From the NCBI GenBank assembly GCA_002269645.1, contig NIVC01002019.1:1-64000 (forward strand): a DNA stretch of 64,000 bases. The letters are read 5' to 3'. Every line of letters starts with the position of its first letter. The stretch's first letter is position 1. The notes under the pieces were generated by a model. It searched no databases, was not told the DNA's origin, and was given only the letters and a program-made list of their open reading frames with translations. Source of the DNA: Macrostomum lignano. Taxonomy: Eukaryota. The position numbers and the translations under genes were made by a program. Below are positions 1-14,074 of this stretch, piece by piece.

Positions 1-2214
1 TCCGATTATTCGGTACAGACATTGAAATAGAGTACAGACTAACTCGAGTGTCCGCAAAAACACCGAAGAAGACAAACGGAAAGAGGTCGACAATCGGTAG
101 GATGTTAACCAGCTTCAGAGGACAGTGAGAGGGTCGCATTGATTGCTCTTAAGATAATGCTTCTAGTTAAAGACGTTGAGAATTTAGCGATGGTCAAGCA
201 AAAAAATGTTGCCAAAGAGGCAGAGACGATTATATTGGTAAGGCTCAGTCTATGGCTCATGGCTCATCTTTCGTTTCGGTCTATGGCTCATCTCCTAGTA
301 TCAGACGATTCTTTGTATGTAATCCACGGCATGTGCGACTCCGGCGGAGATAATGGGTTATCTCCGCTATCCATAGTCTATCCATCTCGTTGGTTTGTCT
401 ATGGTAGCAGAGTTACGCTACTGATTATCACGCTCATTTAACACTGGGGGAATAGACGAGGCGCACAGGCAAAGTGGATTACATTCGGTTTCGTAATGCT
501 AAGTTACATGCTAAGTAAACGGACATGCAAAGTTGAAAGCCTATAGAACAAATACGCTCGTATGGGTTGGGCCATAGACAACACGCAAATTTCTGACTGA
601 GAACAAGCAAGCCTGCAGTTGGACATCCAAACTTGCCATTTATGGCCGCGAAGTTGATCAAGCTTGCCCGATTCCAGGCTTGATTGTCTTTCATTCGAAT
701 TTCTGAGTCAAAAAATAGCTTGTATCATGGAAAAACCAATACTACATTGACAGTAGAAGTATGCCAAGGGGCGGGAATCCCCCCAGTTTTTACTGCGATG
801 GAACGGAACAACGCTAGCTTTTTGTTGCGCACCTTCTCAAACAATAATCAAGTCGCAAGCCATCCGGACTGTCGAGATTGTCGGATCGTGTAACTCAGCG
901 AGTGTACACTGAGTGCTCGATGTACTATTCTTTTGACTTTACTGACCAATTCTTTGATTGAGCGCGGTGACCTTTTCTTATGTTCTTAGAGTGTAAAATT
1001 CTTTTAAACCCATCGTAATAATAAATATGTAGTGCAGTACATGTATGTACGTTGTTATAAGACCCATAGCGCTGATGAATTTGTCATGCGTTTGTTTTTA
1101 TCATAATATATAAACATCGGCTTGTAAGCTTACTCGTGCTTAAAAAAACTGTAGACTTGTCTCAGAGATAGAGTCAACGATTCGGCCAGGTCCGGATTTT
1201 TTCCACAAGCGCTAGTGTAATTCAGTACACCTCTGTTCGCCAATCAGCACTGCGTCTCAGTGCGGCTTTGTAAAGCCTCGAGATTTTATCAGCACATCGA
1301 CCAAACGTATCTTAACATTGACCAAAGGACTTCGTTGGTCACTTGCATTCACCCAAGCGGAGTTTCTGGACCCTCAACAGGTGGCACCAGTGACTATGGA
1401 GCGTGTTCTTGAATTTCGTGTGCTTGCTTTGCTCCGTTCTGGCGCAGCAAACAAAATTGTTTGTCGATGGGATTCCCCCGATGGTAGTTCGACGGGCGGA
1501 AATGCTACTTGGTATTCCTTCTATTAAGGCAAGTAGGCGGTAAGTCTACTTAAGCGAAAGACAAGATAAACAGGAAATACAAGAACTATAAACAATTAAT
1601 GCGCTCAACTCGAAATAATTCTCGAAAGATTCGAAAACGAAATTTGGGAACAGATGTTATTGTAATGAAGGCTTATGAGGTAGTTAGCGCATTAGTTTAT
1701 TGACTTAAAACACTGAATCATTTAGTCCTTTACGAACTGAATACTCAAACATACGGTGTGACCCCTGAGCGTTAATTATAAAGGCACAAGATGAAGTATA
1801 GTTTCCTATTCTTTCATTATGTCGACAAGTTCGTGTGCGAATAAGCATAATCAATCATTCCACAAACTTGTTTCAGTAACAGAAAAAAACTTGCATATAA
1901 ATTAGCAACTTTCTACTTAATGAACAGAATTGAAAGCCGAAAACTGGACGAATCTAATTATAAGAGATTTTTTTGCAAGTACTTTTCTTTAGACTAATGC
2001 TGGACTAACAACTTCTGAGATTTGAGAGTCCCGGGACTCTCGAAAGATCATGATTATTTAACGAATTATGTTTTCGTTAGCAAGGTACCGAGATTACCGT
2101 GGAGCATGAAGACGGTCTGGAAAAGTGGCTGTCTAGCCTACAGAAGAATACAAAGAAAAAGTATAGAACAGACCAGAAGTACGGCAGACCCACTCTGTGG
2201 GGTGACCAGGTGTG

Positions 2215-2640
2215 CAATAACAGTAGAATGCCTTCAATAACAGTAGGATGCCTTCAATAACAGTAGGATGCTTCAATAACAGTAGGATGCCTTCAATAAC
2301 AGTAGGATGCCTTCAATAACAGCAGGATGCCTTCAATAACAGTAGGATGCCTTCAATAACAGTAGGATGCCTTCAATAACAGTAGGATGCCTTCAATAAA
2401 AGTAGGATGCCTTCAATAACAGTAGGATGCCTTCAATAACAGTAGGATGCCTTCAATAACAGTAGGATGCCTTCAATAACAGTAGGATGCCTTCAATAAC
2501 AGTAGGATGCCTTCAATAACAGTAGGATGCCTTCAATAACAGTAGGATGCCTTCAATAACAGTAGGATGCCTTCAATAACAGTAGGATGCCTTCAATAAC
2601 AGTAGGATGCCTTCAATAACAGTAGGATGCCTTCGATAAA
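2215..2640. repeat. Tandem array, 20-bp unit AACAGTAGGATGCCTTCAAT, ~21 copies (SGPL1 intron 8)
   Basis: Direct reading; nearly homogeneous. Confidence 0.97.
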
Positions 2641-3496
2641 GGTAGTATTGCCAGGCACTCTAAAAACAGCCAAGGAGCACAAGAGAAAAGTTCTCCGTAT
2701 CTAATTATCTTGCGACTGCCTAAGGGCAAACAAAGCACATGCCCAGTTACGCTGACAAATTAGCTGTCGCTAATAACACCTGCTAATTGATGACATTGCC
2801 TCTTCGGGGTCTATCCGAGGTTCTCAGTACAAAAAAATAGTGCTAAAACAGAAGATGCAGACTCAGAGAATTCAGTCTGAGGATGATGATTCATTACTTA
2901 CTTACAAAATTAGATAGGTGCTAATTAGTTTAATAACTAATTAGTAAAAACTTATACATTATATTTTATTATTAGGCTAAAAAAGTGACATTACTTGTTT
3001 AAAATAAATTTTACTTTTTCTTTTTAAATCTTTTCTTCAGTTTAAAAAGCCATTGTCTTGCTTTTAGGAGGCTTGCTCTGGAGCGTTTCTTAGACATCGG
3101 GTGCCACTATGGCCGACATGCCGCCCCATCCAGTCAACATCCCGTACTTGCAGCGGAATGGCCGCGCCCACCAAGAGCAAAATCGTTTTTTTAATATTTG
3201 AATTGAACTCAAGCAACACGAAATATTCCCCTAGAGCTGCCTATAAGAGCTGTATGCACATCCTGCTGCAGCCACCGGGGCCAATCTCTGTCAACAAGAC
3301 TCAACAACGCAGATACTTGCAAGTGTTTAAATTAAATAATTTCTCTGATACTAACGAGAGCAGCAGAGAAAGTAAACAGTTTGCCAGGGCTCAGGGTCTG
3401 ACTATGTGTTGTCACAGAGTTTCGTTATAAAATAGTTCGCGCACCCAAATACCAAAAGCCGGCGCTTACACAGCATTGAAAATGGTGCCCCAGATA

Positions 3497-4160
3497 CCAC
3501 AGTGGCGCTACCAGCATTCACAGTGGCGCTACCAGCATTCACAGTGGCGCGCTACCAGCATTCACAGTGGCGCGCTACCAGCATTCACAGTGGCGCGCTA
3601 CCAGCATTCACAGTGGCGCGCTACCAGCATTCACAGTGGCGCGCTACCAGCATTCACAGTGGCGCGCTACCAGCATTCACAGTGGCGCGCTACCAGCATT
3701 CACAGTGGCGCGCTACCAGCATTCACAGTGGCGCGCTACCAGCATTCACAGTGGCGCGCTACCAGCATTCACAGTGGCGCGCTACCAGCATTCACAGTGG
3801 CGCGCTACCAGCATTCACAGTGGCCCTACCAGCATTCACAGTGGCACGCTACCAGTATTCACAGTGGCGCGCTACCAGCATTCACAGTGGCGCGCTACCA
3901 GCATTCACAGTGGCGCGCTACCAGCATTCACAGTGGCGCTAACAGCATTCACAGTGGCGCTACCAGCATTCACAGTGGCACGCTACCAGTATTCACAGTG
4001 GCGCGCTACCAGTATTCACAGTGGCGCGCTACCAGCATTCACAGTGGCGCGCTACCAGCATTCACAGTGGCGCGCTACCAGCATTCACAGTGGCGCGCTA
4101 CCAGCATTCACAGTGGCCCTACCAGCATTCACAGTAGCGCTGCCAGCATTAACAGTGGCG
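3497..4160. repeat. Tandem array, 23-bp unit ACAGTGGCGCGCTACCAGCATTC with 21-bp variants (SGPL1 intron 8)
   Basis: Direct reading; explains the ORFs at 3476-4280. Confidence 0.97.
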
Positions 4161-4208
4161 CCCCCCCCCAAATATCAACCGTCAGCGCTCCCAGCAAGCA
4201 TAGCTCAC

Positions 4209-7200
4209 CTTTGCTATTTCTCCAATGGGATCAATAATTCCATGAGAATAGGATGGCGTGCTGCCGACAAGCTGAAATGAGTAATACCACTAATAATTTA
4301 TGTCAGTTACCATTAAATTCAGCACAGTACATTACACATGCTGCCATCCATTACCATGCAGGTGTTCTTATTAATAGCTGATCGCATAGCCGCAACGTCC
4401 ACTCGGCCATCCGGCTTAGATGGCACGTGAACAATTCGAATCCTCAGGTAGTGAGCGGCCTGAGCAGCGAGTTTATGAAATGAAAAACACAAGTTTGATA
4501 GGTGAGCTAGGCTGCATAGGTAAAAGGCGGCATACATTATTGCCTCGTCACCTTATTAGTGCCCTTGGCTAACCGGGGGGAGTTATCAATAAAATCAAGG
4601 GTAAATCAAATCAAAGGGTGCATGCAAAATATTCACCTTATCAAACGCGGCATGAGCTGTGGTGGACACAATCCTGCAATGCATAAGCAACAAGTGAGAA
4701 TTAAAACTAGATATTTAGACCTAAACAGAAGGATAAAGAGAGACTTTATCAAAACTACAGAACAGTAGGGCCTATTCCAGTATAGTCAGTAGTACATGAT
4801 TATAATTTAGAAATGCAAACAGACAGAGTCAACAGCCCTCAGTAAGCCGGCAGACGCCCAAAAAGGGGGCCGATCGAAAGACTTGAAGAGAAAAAAATTA
4901 TATTTGAACTCCCCTCAAGCGCTTATCTAATTAGACTGTCAACCTTGGCACTGCAATGCATAATGGATGAGCACACAGTCTAGTGTACACACAAGTACGG
5001 ATTGAAATTTGAAGCTTTCTGCTGCAATTCTTAAAAAAACGAATCATCATTTGACAGAGAGGGGTGGAGTTTCGGTTTCATTCAGGATATTAGCACCAAA
5101 CATGGATAAGGAGGCCCTGAGCAGTCATCGCCATTTAATTACAAATGATAAACTTAAGTATTTCAGCACACTGTTTGAACATTTCCCTGGCTTGGACTAA
5201 CGGCAGAGAAGCAGATTCAAGAATCAAGCGAGAGGAAAGAGAGGGCAGGAAAAGTGTAAGAACTGGTTCAGTGGGTGTGGGACAGAGGCAGGTTCAGTGA
5301 GTGTGGGACAGAGGCAGGTTCAGTGAGTGTGGGACAGAGGCAGGTTCAGTGGTGTGGGACAGAGGCAGGTTCAGTGAGTGTGGGACAGAGGCAGGTTCAG
5401 TGGGTGTGGGACAGAGGCAGGTTCAGTGAGTGTGGGACAGAGGCAGGTTCAGTGAGTGTGGGACAGAGGCAGGTTCAGTGAGTGTGGGACTGAGGCAGGT
5501 TCAGTGAGTGTGGGACAAACTTCTATAGTTGTAGGAAACGTCGACATGGTGAATAATTAAGTCTTTGGCTTTACTACTCCCTAAATAAGCGAGAAAGAGA
5601 CTCAGAAAATATGGGGGTACTCGTATACTCGTATTTTGAAAGGCCTAGAGCAAGGATTATAAACACTGGCCCCAGTTTAAGGCCAAAAAAGATCCGCAAA
5701 TTGCGTGCCGCAAACGAGAGAAAAAAATGAAAGAAAGTTGCGAAAGGTGAGAGGCAGATGAAACCGAAACTTTATTTTTTCAACTCATAATTTCTATCTA
5801 AACTACAGTAGCAGCCTCAGCAGCTGCAGCCAGCTGCTCAAGCAAGCACTATTCGAAGCCTTACTCAAACTAGGATTGTAGCGACCGAGCTATTATTCAG
5901 CAAGTCTTAGTTGCTCAAGTCTGCATTATAAAAAGTTAAAGCAGATCCTGAGCTCTTTTCGGGTTCAGGTTCCAACTGGGTGAATGAAAACTCAAGAAAG
6001 TTCTCTAGAAAAGTTTTAATATGATCCATCTGGAGTTTCTAAATTTCTGGATTGGAGTAGCTGGGTTGGTTTCTGGGGTTAAATGCTACAAGAAATAGGC
6101 GTTCAATTATCTAAATTTAAAAATAAACTTAAATGGGTTCTATTGGCTAATCTCATGCGGTTCTATGGGTGATTCGATTAGCTATTCTCATGGGTTTCTA
6201 TGGGTGATTCGATTAGCTATTCTCATGGGTTCTATGGGTGATTCGATTAGCTATTCTCATGGGTTTCTATGGGTGATTCGATTAGCTATTCTCATGGGTT
6301 CTATGGGTGATTCGATTAGCTATTCTCATGGGTTCTATGGGCGATTCTCATGGGTTTCTATGGGCATTCTCATGGGTTCTATGGGCATTCTCATGGGTTC
6401 TATGGGCGATTCTCATGGGTTCTATGGGCATTCTCATGGGTTCTATGGGCATTCTCATGCGTTCTATGGGCATTCTCATGGGTTCTATGGGCATTCTCAT
6501 GGGTTCTATGGGCATTCTCATGGGTTCTATGGGCGATTCTCATGGGTTCTATGGGCATTCTCATGGGTTCTATGGGTATTCTCATGGGTTCTATGGGCAT
6601 TCTCATGGGTTCTATGGTCATTCTCATGGGTTCTATGGGCGATTCTCATTGGTTCTATGGGCGATTCTCATGGGTTCTATGGGCATTCTCATGGGTTCTA
6701 TGGGCATTCTCATGGGTTCTATGGGCGATTCTCATGGGTTCTATGGGCGATTCTCATGGGTTCTATGGGCGATTCGATTAGCTATTCTCATGGGTTTCTA
6801 TGGGTGATTCGATTAGCTATTCTCATGGTTCTATGGGTGATTCGATTAGCTATTCTCATGGGTTCTATGGGCGATTCTCATGGGTTCTATGGGCATTCTC
6901 ATGGGTTCTATGGGCATTCTCATGGGCGATTCTCATGGGTTCTATGGGCGATTCTCGCGGGTTCTATGGGCATTCTCATGGGTTCTATGGGCATTCTCAT
7001 GGGTTTTATGGGCATTCTCATGGGTTCTATGGGCGATTCTCGCGCGTGGGTTGTCCGAGCGAAGCATTAAAATTTTATTTACATCAGCATCAGTCCTACA
7101 TTACGCTGGACAACCCTATTTCATGGACTTTCATAAGTAATTTTCATAGAGCTCTAGGGGGATTTAGGTGGAAATTTGCTGATTCAAATACCAGGGCAAC

Positions 7201-10200
7201 TCTGAAAAAAAAGCTACAGACTAAAGCACTGTTTATTCCATAAAATAATAAATTAAAATAAATTGCCTCTGTATGTTCGAGCTCACATTTGCGGATAACG
7301 AATGCCCTTGTCGAAAGCCAGGTTTCGGTAAGCGAGACAAGCCATCAGGATGCTCTCGGTGCCTCCTGAGGTTGTCTGAAAAAATTATTTAGGAATGGCA
7401 TGACAAATAATTTGGCTGTCGTATTAAAGTTCATAATCTGAACGTGCCAAACAATGATTAATCCGCGTTTCACGGATCACGCAAAGTGAAATTCTCTGGA
7501 AACTATTAACATTTGATGCCACTAGAAAGTGTGAAGTGCCGCTCAGAAAAATCTGCTTGAAATTTAACGGAAGTCAACCGTCACGCTTGCAGTCGAATCG
7601 CGTGGGGGGGGGGTTCTGGGCTGCGATCTTTGACTAACTTGATCAATCGAGTGTGCCTTTTATTATCTAATTTATTAGTTTTAATCTGCTTTCTGTGAGA
7701 TCCTCAAGACTATAATTTTTGTGCCGAAAATCTTAAGTATGAGCCAAATGTAAGCTAGTCTAGATCTTATTCTAAATAAAGACACCCTTCTGCATATAAA
7801 GACACCCAGCTCTCATACTAAAGACACCCAGCTCTCAAACTAAAGACACCCAATTCCCATACTAAAGACACCCAACTCCCATGCTAAAGACACCCAACTC
7901 CCATACTAAAGACACCCAACTCCCATACTAACGACACCCAACTCCCATACTAAAGACACCCAGCTGCCATACTAAAGACACTCAGCTGCCATACTAAAGA
8001 CACCCAACTCCCATACTAAAGACACCTAACTCCCATACTAAAGACACCCAACTCCCATACTAAAGACACCCAGCTGCCATACTAAAGACACTCAGCTGCC
8101 ATACTAAAGACACCCAACTCCCATACTAAAGACACCCAACTCCCATAATAACGACACCCAACTCCCATACTAAAGACACCCAGATGCCATACTAAAGACA
8201 CCCAACTCCCATACTAACGACACCCAACTCCCATACTAAAGACACCCAACTCCCATACTAACGACACCCAACTCCCATACTAACGACACCCAACTCCCAT
8301 ACTAACGACACCCAATTCCCATACTAAAGACACCCAATTCCCATACTAAAGACACCCAGATGCCATACTAAAGACACCCAATTCCCATACTAAAGGCACC
8401 CAACTCCCATACTAAAGACACCCAGCTGCCATACTAAAGACACCCAGCTGCCATACTAAAGACACCCAGCTGCCATACTAAAGACACCCAACTCCCATAC
8501 TAAAGACACCCAGATGCCATACTAAAGACACCAAATTCCCATGCTAAAGACACCCAGCTGCCATACTAAAGACACCCAGCTGCCATACTAACGACACCCA
8601 ACTCCCATACTAAAGACACCCAGATGCCATACTAAAGACACCCAGATGCCATACTAAAGACACCCAATTCCCATACTAAAGACACCCAGCTCTCATACTA
8701 AAGACACCCAGATGCCATACTAAAGACACCCAGCTGCCATACTAAAGACACCCAACTCCCATACTAAAGACACCCAACTCCCATACTAAAGAAACCCAAC
8801 TCCCATACCAAAGACACCCAGCTGCCATACTAAAGACACCCAACTCCCATACCAAAGACACCCAGCTGCCATACTAAAGACACCCAGCTCACATACTAAA
8901 AACAAGTTACAGTGACAGTCCCGACTTACTACTCAGATGTGAGTGAGTAGTTACGCATGAAAAAGAATTAAAATTTATCATTGGAGCTTCCATTTTTGCC
9001 GGGAAATTCGGTAGAAAATGTGTGAAGTGTTTCAGTTGAGAAAGTGAAACTTTCATCGAGCGCAGAAAGACACAGAAAGATAAGGACTGTAAGGACTAAG
9101 AAGAGCATGCCACAGGCTTCAGGCTTCTAATCAGATAAAATTGACAAAGACAGACAAACGCAAGCAGAGTTTGCCCGAAACCTACTAAGAAAATTTCGGG
9201 CCCAGTGACGCAGGACGAACCAAATTAGTTGCGTTTTAGTGCGGTCTGCCTCTGTCCAGTTTACTGTAATGACATTATTGACTAAAGCGCTTGCCTGCAC
9301 TGGGTGAAATTTTCATTTAAGGTTAAAGCGGTTTGCGCCAGCACAAATATAGAAAACAGTGCATGCTGTTCATTGCGCTATAACGACTTTGATGACAACA
9401 TAAAATAACGCATAAAACATAAAATAACGACCAACAAAAATCTACCCCATAACTCAGCCTTAGTTTAATCACAGGTCAGACTGGCCCAATAATCAATAAA
9501 CTTCTACCCCATCCCATGAGCCGCTGTCCAATCATAGGTTCTGGCTGGCCAAATAATCAATAAACTTCTACCCCATCCCATGAGCCGCTGTCCAATCATA
9601 GGTTCTGGCTGGCCAAATAATCAATAAACTTCTACCCCATCCCATGAGCCGCTGTCCAATCATAGGTTCTGGCTGGCCAAATAATCAATAAACTTCTACC
9701 CCATCCCAGGAGCCGCTGTCCAATCATAGGTTCTGGCTGGCCAAATAATCAATAAACTTCTACCCCATCCCATGAGCCGCTGTCCAATCATAGGTTCTGG
9801 CTGGGCAAAAAATCAATAGACCTAGCTCTACCCCATCCCATCAGCGATGAGCCGCTGTCCAATCACAGGTGACTCACTAGGTGGGTCTAGAGACTTGAAT
9901 AAATCAAACGGAGCTTTCACTCACGCATCCGCAAGCCTCCTCGTCGCCGTTGAACAGTTGACAAGTCATGCTGACCACCTCGGCCTCCATGCGGCGCACA
10001 TCGTTAAATACTTCCGGATGGAGCGGATTGGTCCAGGCGAACTCTTTATATACCTGGGCGATTGTTTACAGAGTAGAATTTCATAAACTGCTTATAGATA
10101 GACAGAACCCAAACACTAAGTTAGTAACACAAATTCTAGACCTAGCAGCTGCCTCACCTTTGCGTTCAAATCGGTGAGCTCCTCGCCGCCGTGATAGACG

Positions 10201-11958
10201 GTGCCAGAGACGGAGCCGTTGGTCCAATTCACCGAGGCAGCTTTGTAGTCGGCAGCCACAGCCATGACCTCCGCCTGTGGAGATTAGAATTGGCACACAG
10301 GGATTATCTATATATGAATTAAATCATCAAAATTTTTCCTATCTGACGAGTACTGACTTACTGGAGTCATAGACTTCTTTGGTAGCTCCTTGAACACCGG
10401 ATGCTTAGAACTCGAGTGGCCAGCTTCGAATGCCTTCTTTACCTCTACAACCGACTCGCGCTTCTTTGCCTGTATCTGCTTTTTCACCGGCGGCAGCGAT
10501 TTCACGAATTTAAAGAAGGACGTCCGCATTCGCTCCAACAAAGCTGCGTGGGCGGTTGATAAAAATTATTAATTGATAGATGAATTATGAATTGAATCCC
10601 AGGTGACACTCAGCAGCTACTTATAGAATCCCAGGTGACACTCAGCAGCTACTTACTTATAGAATCCCAAGTGACACTCAGCAGCTACTTATAGAATCCC
10701 AGGTGACACTCAGCAGCTACTTATAGAATCCCAAGTGACACTCAGCAGCTACTTATAGAATCCCAGGTGACACTCAGCAGCTACTTATAGAATCCCAGGT
10801 GACACTCAGCAGCTACTTATAGAATCCCAGGTGACACTCAGCAGCTACTTATAGAATCCCAGGTGACACTCAGCAGCTACTTATAGAATCCCAGGTGACA
10901 CTCCGCAGCTACTTACTTATAGAATCCCAGGTGACACTCAGCAGCTACTTATAGAATCCCAAGTGACACTCAGCAGCTACTTTTAGAATCTCAGGTGACA
11001 CTCAGCAGCTACTTATAGAATCCCAGGTGACACTCAGCAGCTACTTATAGAATCCCAGGTGACACTCAGCAGCTACTTATAGAATCCCAGGTGACACTCA
11101 GCAGCTACTTATAGAATCCCAGGTGACACTCAGCAGCTACTTATAGAATCCCAGGTGACACTCAGCAGCTACTTATAGAATCCCAGGTGACACTCAGCAG
11201 CTACTTATAGAATCCCAGGTGACACTCAGCAGCTACTTATAGAATCCCAGGTGACACTCCGCAGCTACTTACTTATAGAATCCCAGGTGACACTCAGCAG
11301 CTACTTATAGAATCCCAAGTGACACTCAGCAGCTACTTATAGAATCCCAGGTGACACTCAGCAGCTACTTATAGAATCCCAGGTGACACTCAGCAGCTAC
11401 TTATAGAATCCCAGGTGACACTCAGCAGCTACTTATAGAATCCCAGGTGACACTCAGCAGCTACTTATAGAATCCCAGGTGACACTCAGCAGCTACTTAT
11501 AGAATCCCAGGTGACACTCAGCAGCTACTTATAGAATCCCAAGTGACACTCAGCAGCTACTTTTAGAATCTCAGGTGACACTCAGCAGCTACTTATAGAA
11601 TCCCAGGTGACACTCAGCAGCTACTTATAGAATCTCAGGTGACACTCAGCAGCTACTTATAGAATCCCAGGTGACACTCAGCAGCTACTTATAGAATCTC
11701 AGGTGACACTCAGCAGCTACTTATAGAATTCCAGGTGACACTCAGCAGCTAGTATTTTAAAACAAGTAACAAAAGAAATTTTGTAATAAACTCACTATAC
11801 TCAGGGTCACAGAGAAAGTTAATGATGCTGCAAAGTAAAACTGTGGCCCCAAAAGTTATAAGACACACTGAAGCAGCATCCATTCCAGCAAATGATGCAT
11901 TAGTGAAGCTTCTAGCATCCTCTAAGACAAGCTTTATAGAGTCGAGAATTGGGTCCAT
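4209..11958 (-). CDS. SGPL1: Sphingosine-1-phosphate lyase, 5' part only. Exons (minus): 11958-11796, 10543-10362, 10274-10158, 10053-9925, 7375-7287, 4673-4637, 4459-4355, 4271-4209. The 3' exons were not found and are presumed to lie left of base 1.
   Basis: Spliced translation with consistent phases gives an N-terminal TM segment and then [60 protein letters not shown] and [16 protein letters not shown], all hallmark S1P lyase motifs. All introns are GT-AG. Confidence 0.93.
5267..5516. repeat. Tandem array, 26-bp unit GGGACAGAGGCAGGTTCAGTGAGTGT (SGPL1 intron 5)
   Basis: Direct reading, ~10 copies. Confidence 0.95.
6133..7040. repeat. Tandem array of mixed 21-bp (TCTATGGGCATTCTCATGGGT) and ~33-bp (with GATTCGATTAGCT) units (SGPL1 intron 5)
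   Basis: Direct reading. Confidence 0.96.
7779..8905. repeat. Tandem array, 22-bp unit ACTAAAGACACCCAACTCCCAT (SGPL1 intron 4)
   Basis: Direct reading, ~50 copies with variants. Confidence 0.97.
9480..9870. repeat. Tandem array, 64-bp unit, ~6 copies (SGPL1 intron 4)
   Basis: CTGGCTGGCC recurs at 9541 and 9605, and so on. Confidence 0.95.
10592..11752. repeat. Tandem array, 32-bp unit AATCCCAGGTGACACTCAGCAGCTACTTATAG, ~36 copies (SGPL1 intron 1)
   Basis: Direct reading. Confidence 0.97.
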
Positions 11959-12801
11959 CTTAGTATTAGAGTTCAAATCTGAAACAAAAAACCAGTAAGA
12001 GAAGTGCTTAAGAGGTTAATTATAGATTAGTAATGGAACTAAAATTGAATAGACATACTAGTATATAATCTTTAGCATTTATAATTAAAACTTCTCTTTG
12101 AATTTATACTCTAATCCAAAATAAGAAACTTATTTACTGTATCATTATACAGTATTTAGGAAAAACTAGATTAGGCTTAGAGTATTAAGATTTAGTATAT
12201 TGTGATAATAAAATCATAATAATGGAAATTTTTTTTCTAATATTGTTGTTTAATAAACTTGTAGGTCTAATATAAATAGCATATTTAGGAGCCTGCATAG
12301 GCATTAATATTTTGTTGATTTAATTATAATAGGTCTAATTTATACTTGAAAACTAATATTTATTACAATTAGGCCTAGGTCTAACCAATTTATTTATATT
12401 ATTTACTTTAAGCCTAGCTAAAAAACCTTTAAGCCTATATTAGATTTAAAAAACTATAGACTATTAGATCATATCATTTTTATTTACTCATTTAATCCCA
12501 AGTTTTATAGGGCCTTATAAAGCTATAAAAGCAATAAAACATATATAGACATTAGTTATATAGCATATCAATTGACAATAATATGATTTTTTAATTACAT
12601 ATTATAGCCTAGGTTTAGTATATTAAACTTAAGCCTTAGGCTAAGAATAAGATAGGGACTAAGCCTAGGCTATCTGGTGTAAGACCAAGACTACCACATA
12701 CCAAGACCACTATACTTGGGGAAGACAGGGAAGAATTTGGCTCAATGTGTTATTGGATTGTGCTAGAGAAGAGATGAGTAGATAGGAGAGCTAGTAGGAC
12801 A

Positions 12802-13461
12802 CCATAGTCAGGAAGGTGGCAGAGTGTGCGCCGGAACAAATTTTGGCCTCTCCCAAAATTGTGCGCCGTGCGCCGACACAAAAACCCTCGTGTGCGCCGT
12901 TGTGCGCCCGCCACTACCTGCCTTGCGACAATAAAAGACCTTTTTTACAACATAACAACAATTTTTGTGCGCCAATATTTTCAATTACGGGACGGTTACG
13001 GGCTATCTATGAGAAATTGAGATCGTTAAACCGAAAATAGAAATTTAAAAAATTTTTAATTTAATTTCTAATTTTTAAAACAAAACAAACATAAAAAGTA
13101 AGCAAATGGCAAAAACAAAGGTAAAAAGAAAAGGAAAATATTTTATTTTATTTTTTATTTTTTGGTAGAATGCAGTGTTACATTAGATAGAACAGTGAAT
13201 AGTGTACTGTAACAAGTAACGACTTACATCGTTACATGGGATTGCCACAAGGGTAACGCTGCATGTGGCGCGGCGCCCGCCGCGCCGCGCCGCCATGCGC
13301 CGGTGTCCTCTGGTGTGTGCCGTTGTGCGCCGCTGTGCGCCAGTGCGCCGCTGTGCGCTGTTGTGGCGCGCCGCTGTGCACCGCTGTGCGCCGTTGTGTG
13401 CCCAAAAAGGGCTTGTGTGCGCCGGAATTTTCCGACCAAACTGCCACCTTCCTGACTATGG
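12802..13461. mobile_element. 660-bp MITE with 8-bp TSD (hAT/P-like class)
   Basis: Perfect 21-bp TIR CCATAGTCAGGAAGGTGGCAG, TSD GTAGGACA (12794-12801, 13462-13469), many subterminal TGTGCGCC motifs and an AT-rich core. Confidence 0.92.
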
Positions 13462-14074
13462 GTAGGACAAGGCTACAAGAGAAGAACCTATGAGAGGAAT
13501 AGCAATGCTAGAAGATTAGTAGCTCCTCCTTAATACTAGTAACCAGTAATAGCTGTGGTAGTCTTAGTGTATGGCAGTCTTAGTCATGTGCTAGCTATCC
13601 CTAGAATAGGGACTTCTTAAACTTTATATATATAAATTAATAGCAATTTTAATAAGATCTTCATTTTATTTCTATAGGGTTATAAGTATCAGGGGTATTT
13701 GATAGTTTCTATAGCTACTGTATAGAAAGACAATATCAATAGGCACATAGGTATAGAAATAAAAAGACAAATTGATATAATACAGATTATAGGCCTATTG
13801 ACTAGGGATTAATTAGCCTAGGTCAATTTAGGAGTCTATTATGCCTAGTTATAGCTATAGGCCTAATTCCAACATAGATGGCCTATGCTATGGCTTAAAA
13901 TGTCTATGTATATATGGCCTAGGCCTTAGGCCCAGGCTACTTGTCTGTCAGACAGACTAGTCTTGTCTTGTCTAGTCTTTATTAATTGGATTTGCTAATT
14001 GGATTAACTATTTTTGATTAGCTAAGCTTCTTGAGGCTTTGAATTAAAATAGGCCTACTCGTACTTCTGCCTGG

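Noticed and set aside
1-138. Minus-strand ORF start MRPSHCPLKLVNILPIVDLFPFVFFGVF running off the window
   Set aside because: Too short to evaluate and lies within a presumed SGPL1 intron.
3061-3430. Next SGPL1 exon (expected ...HVDAC.GGF)
   Set aside because: No frame in 1-4200 gave the expected motif, so the gene is called partial.
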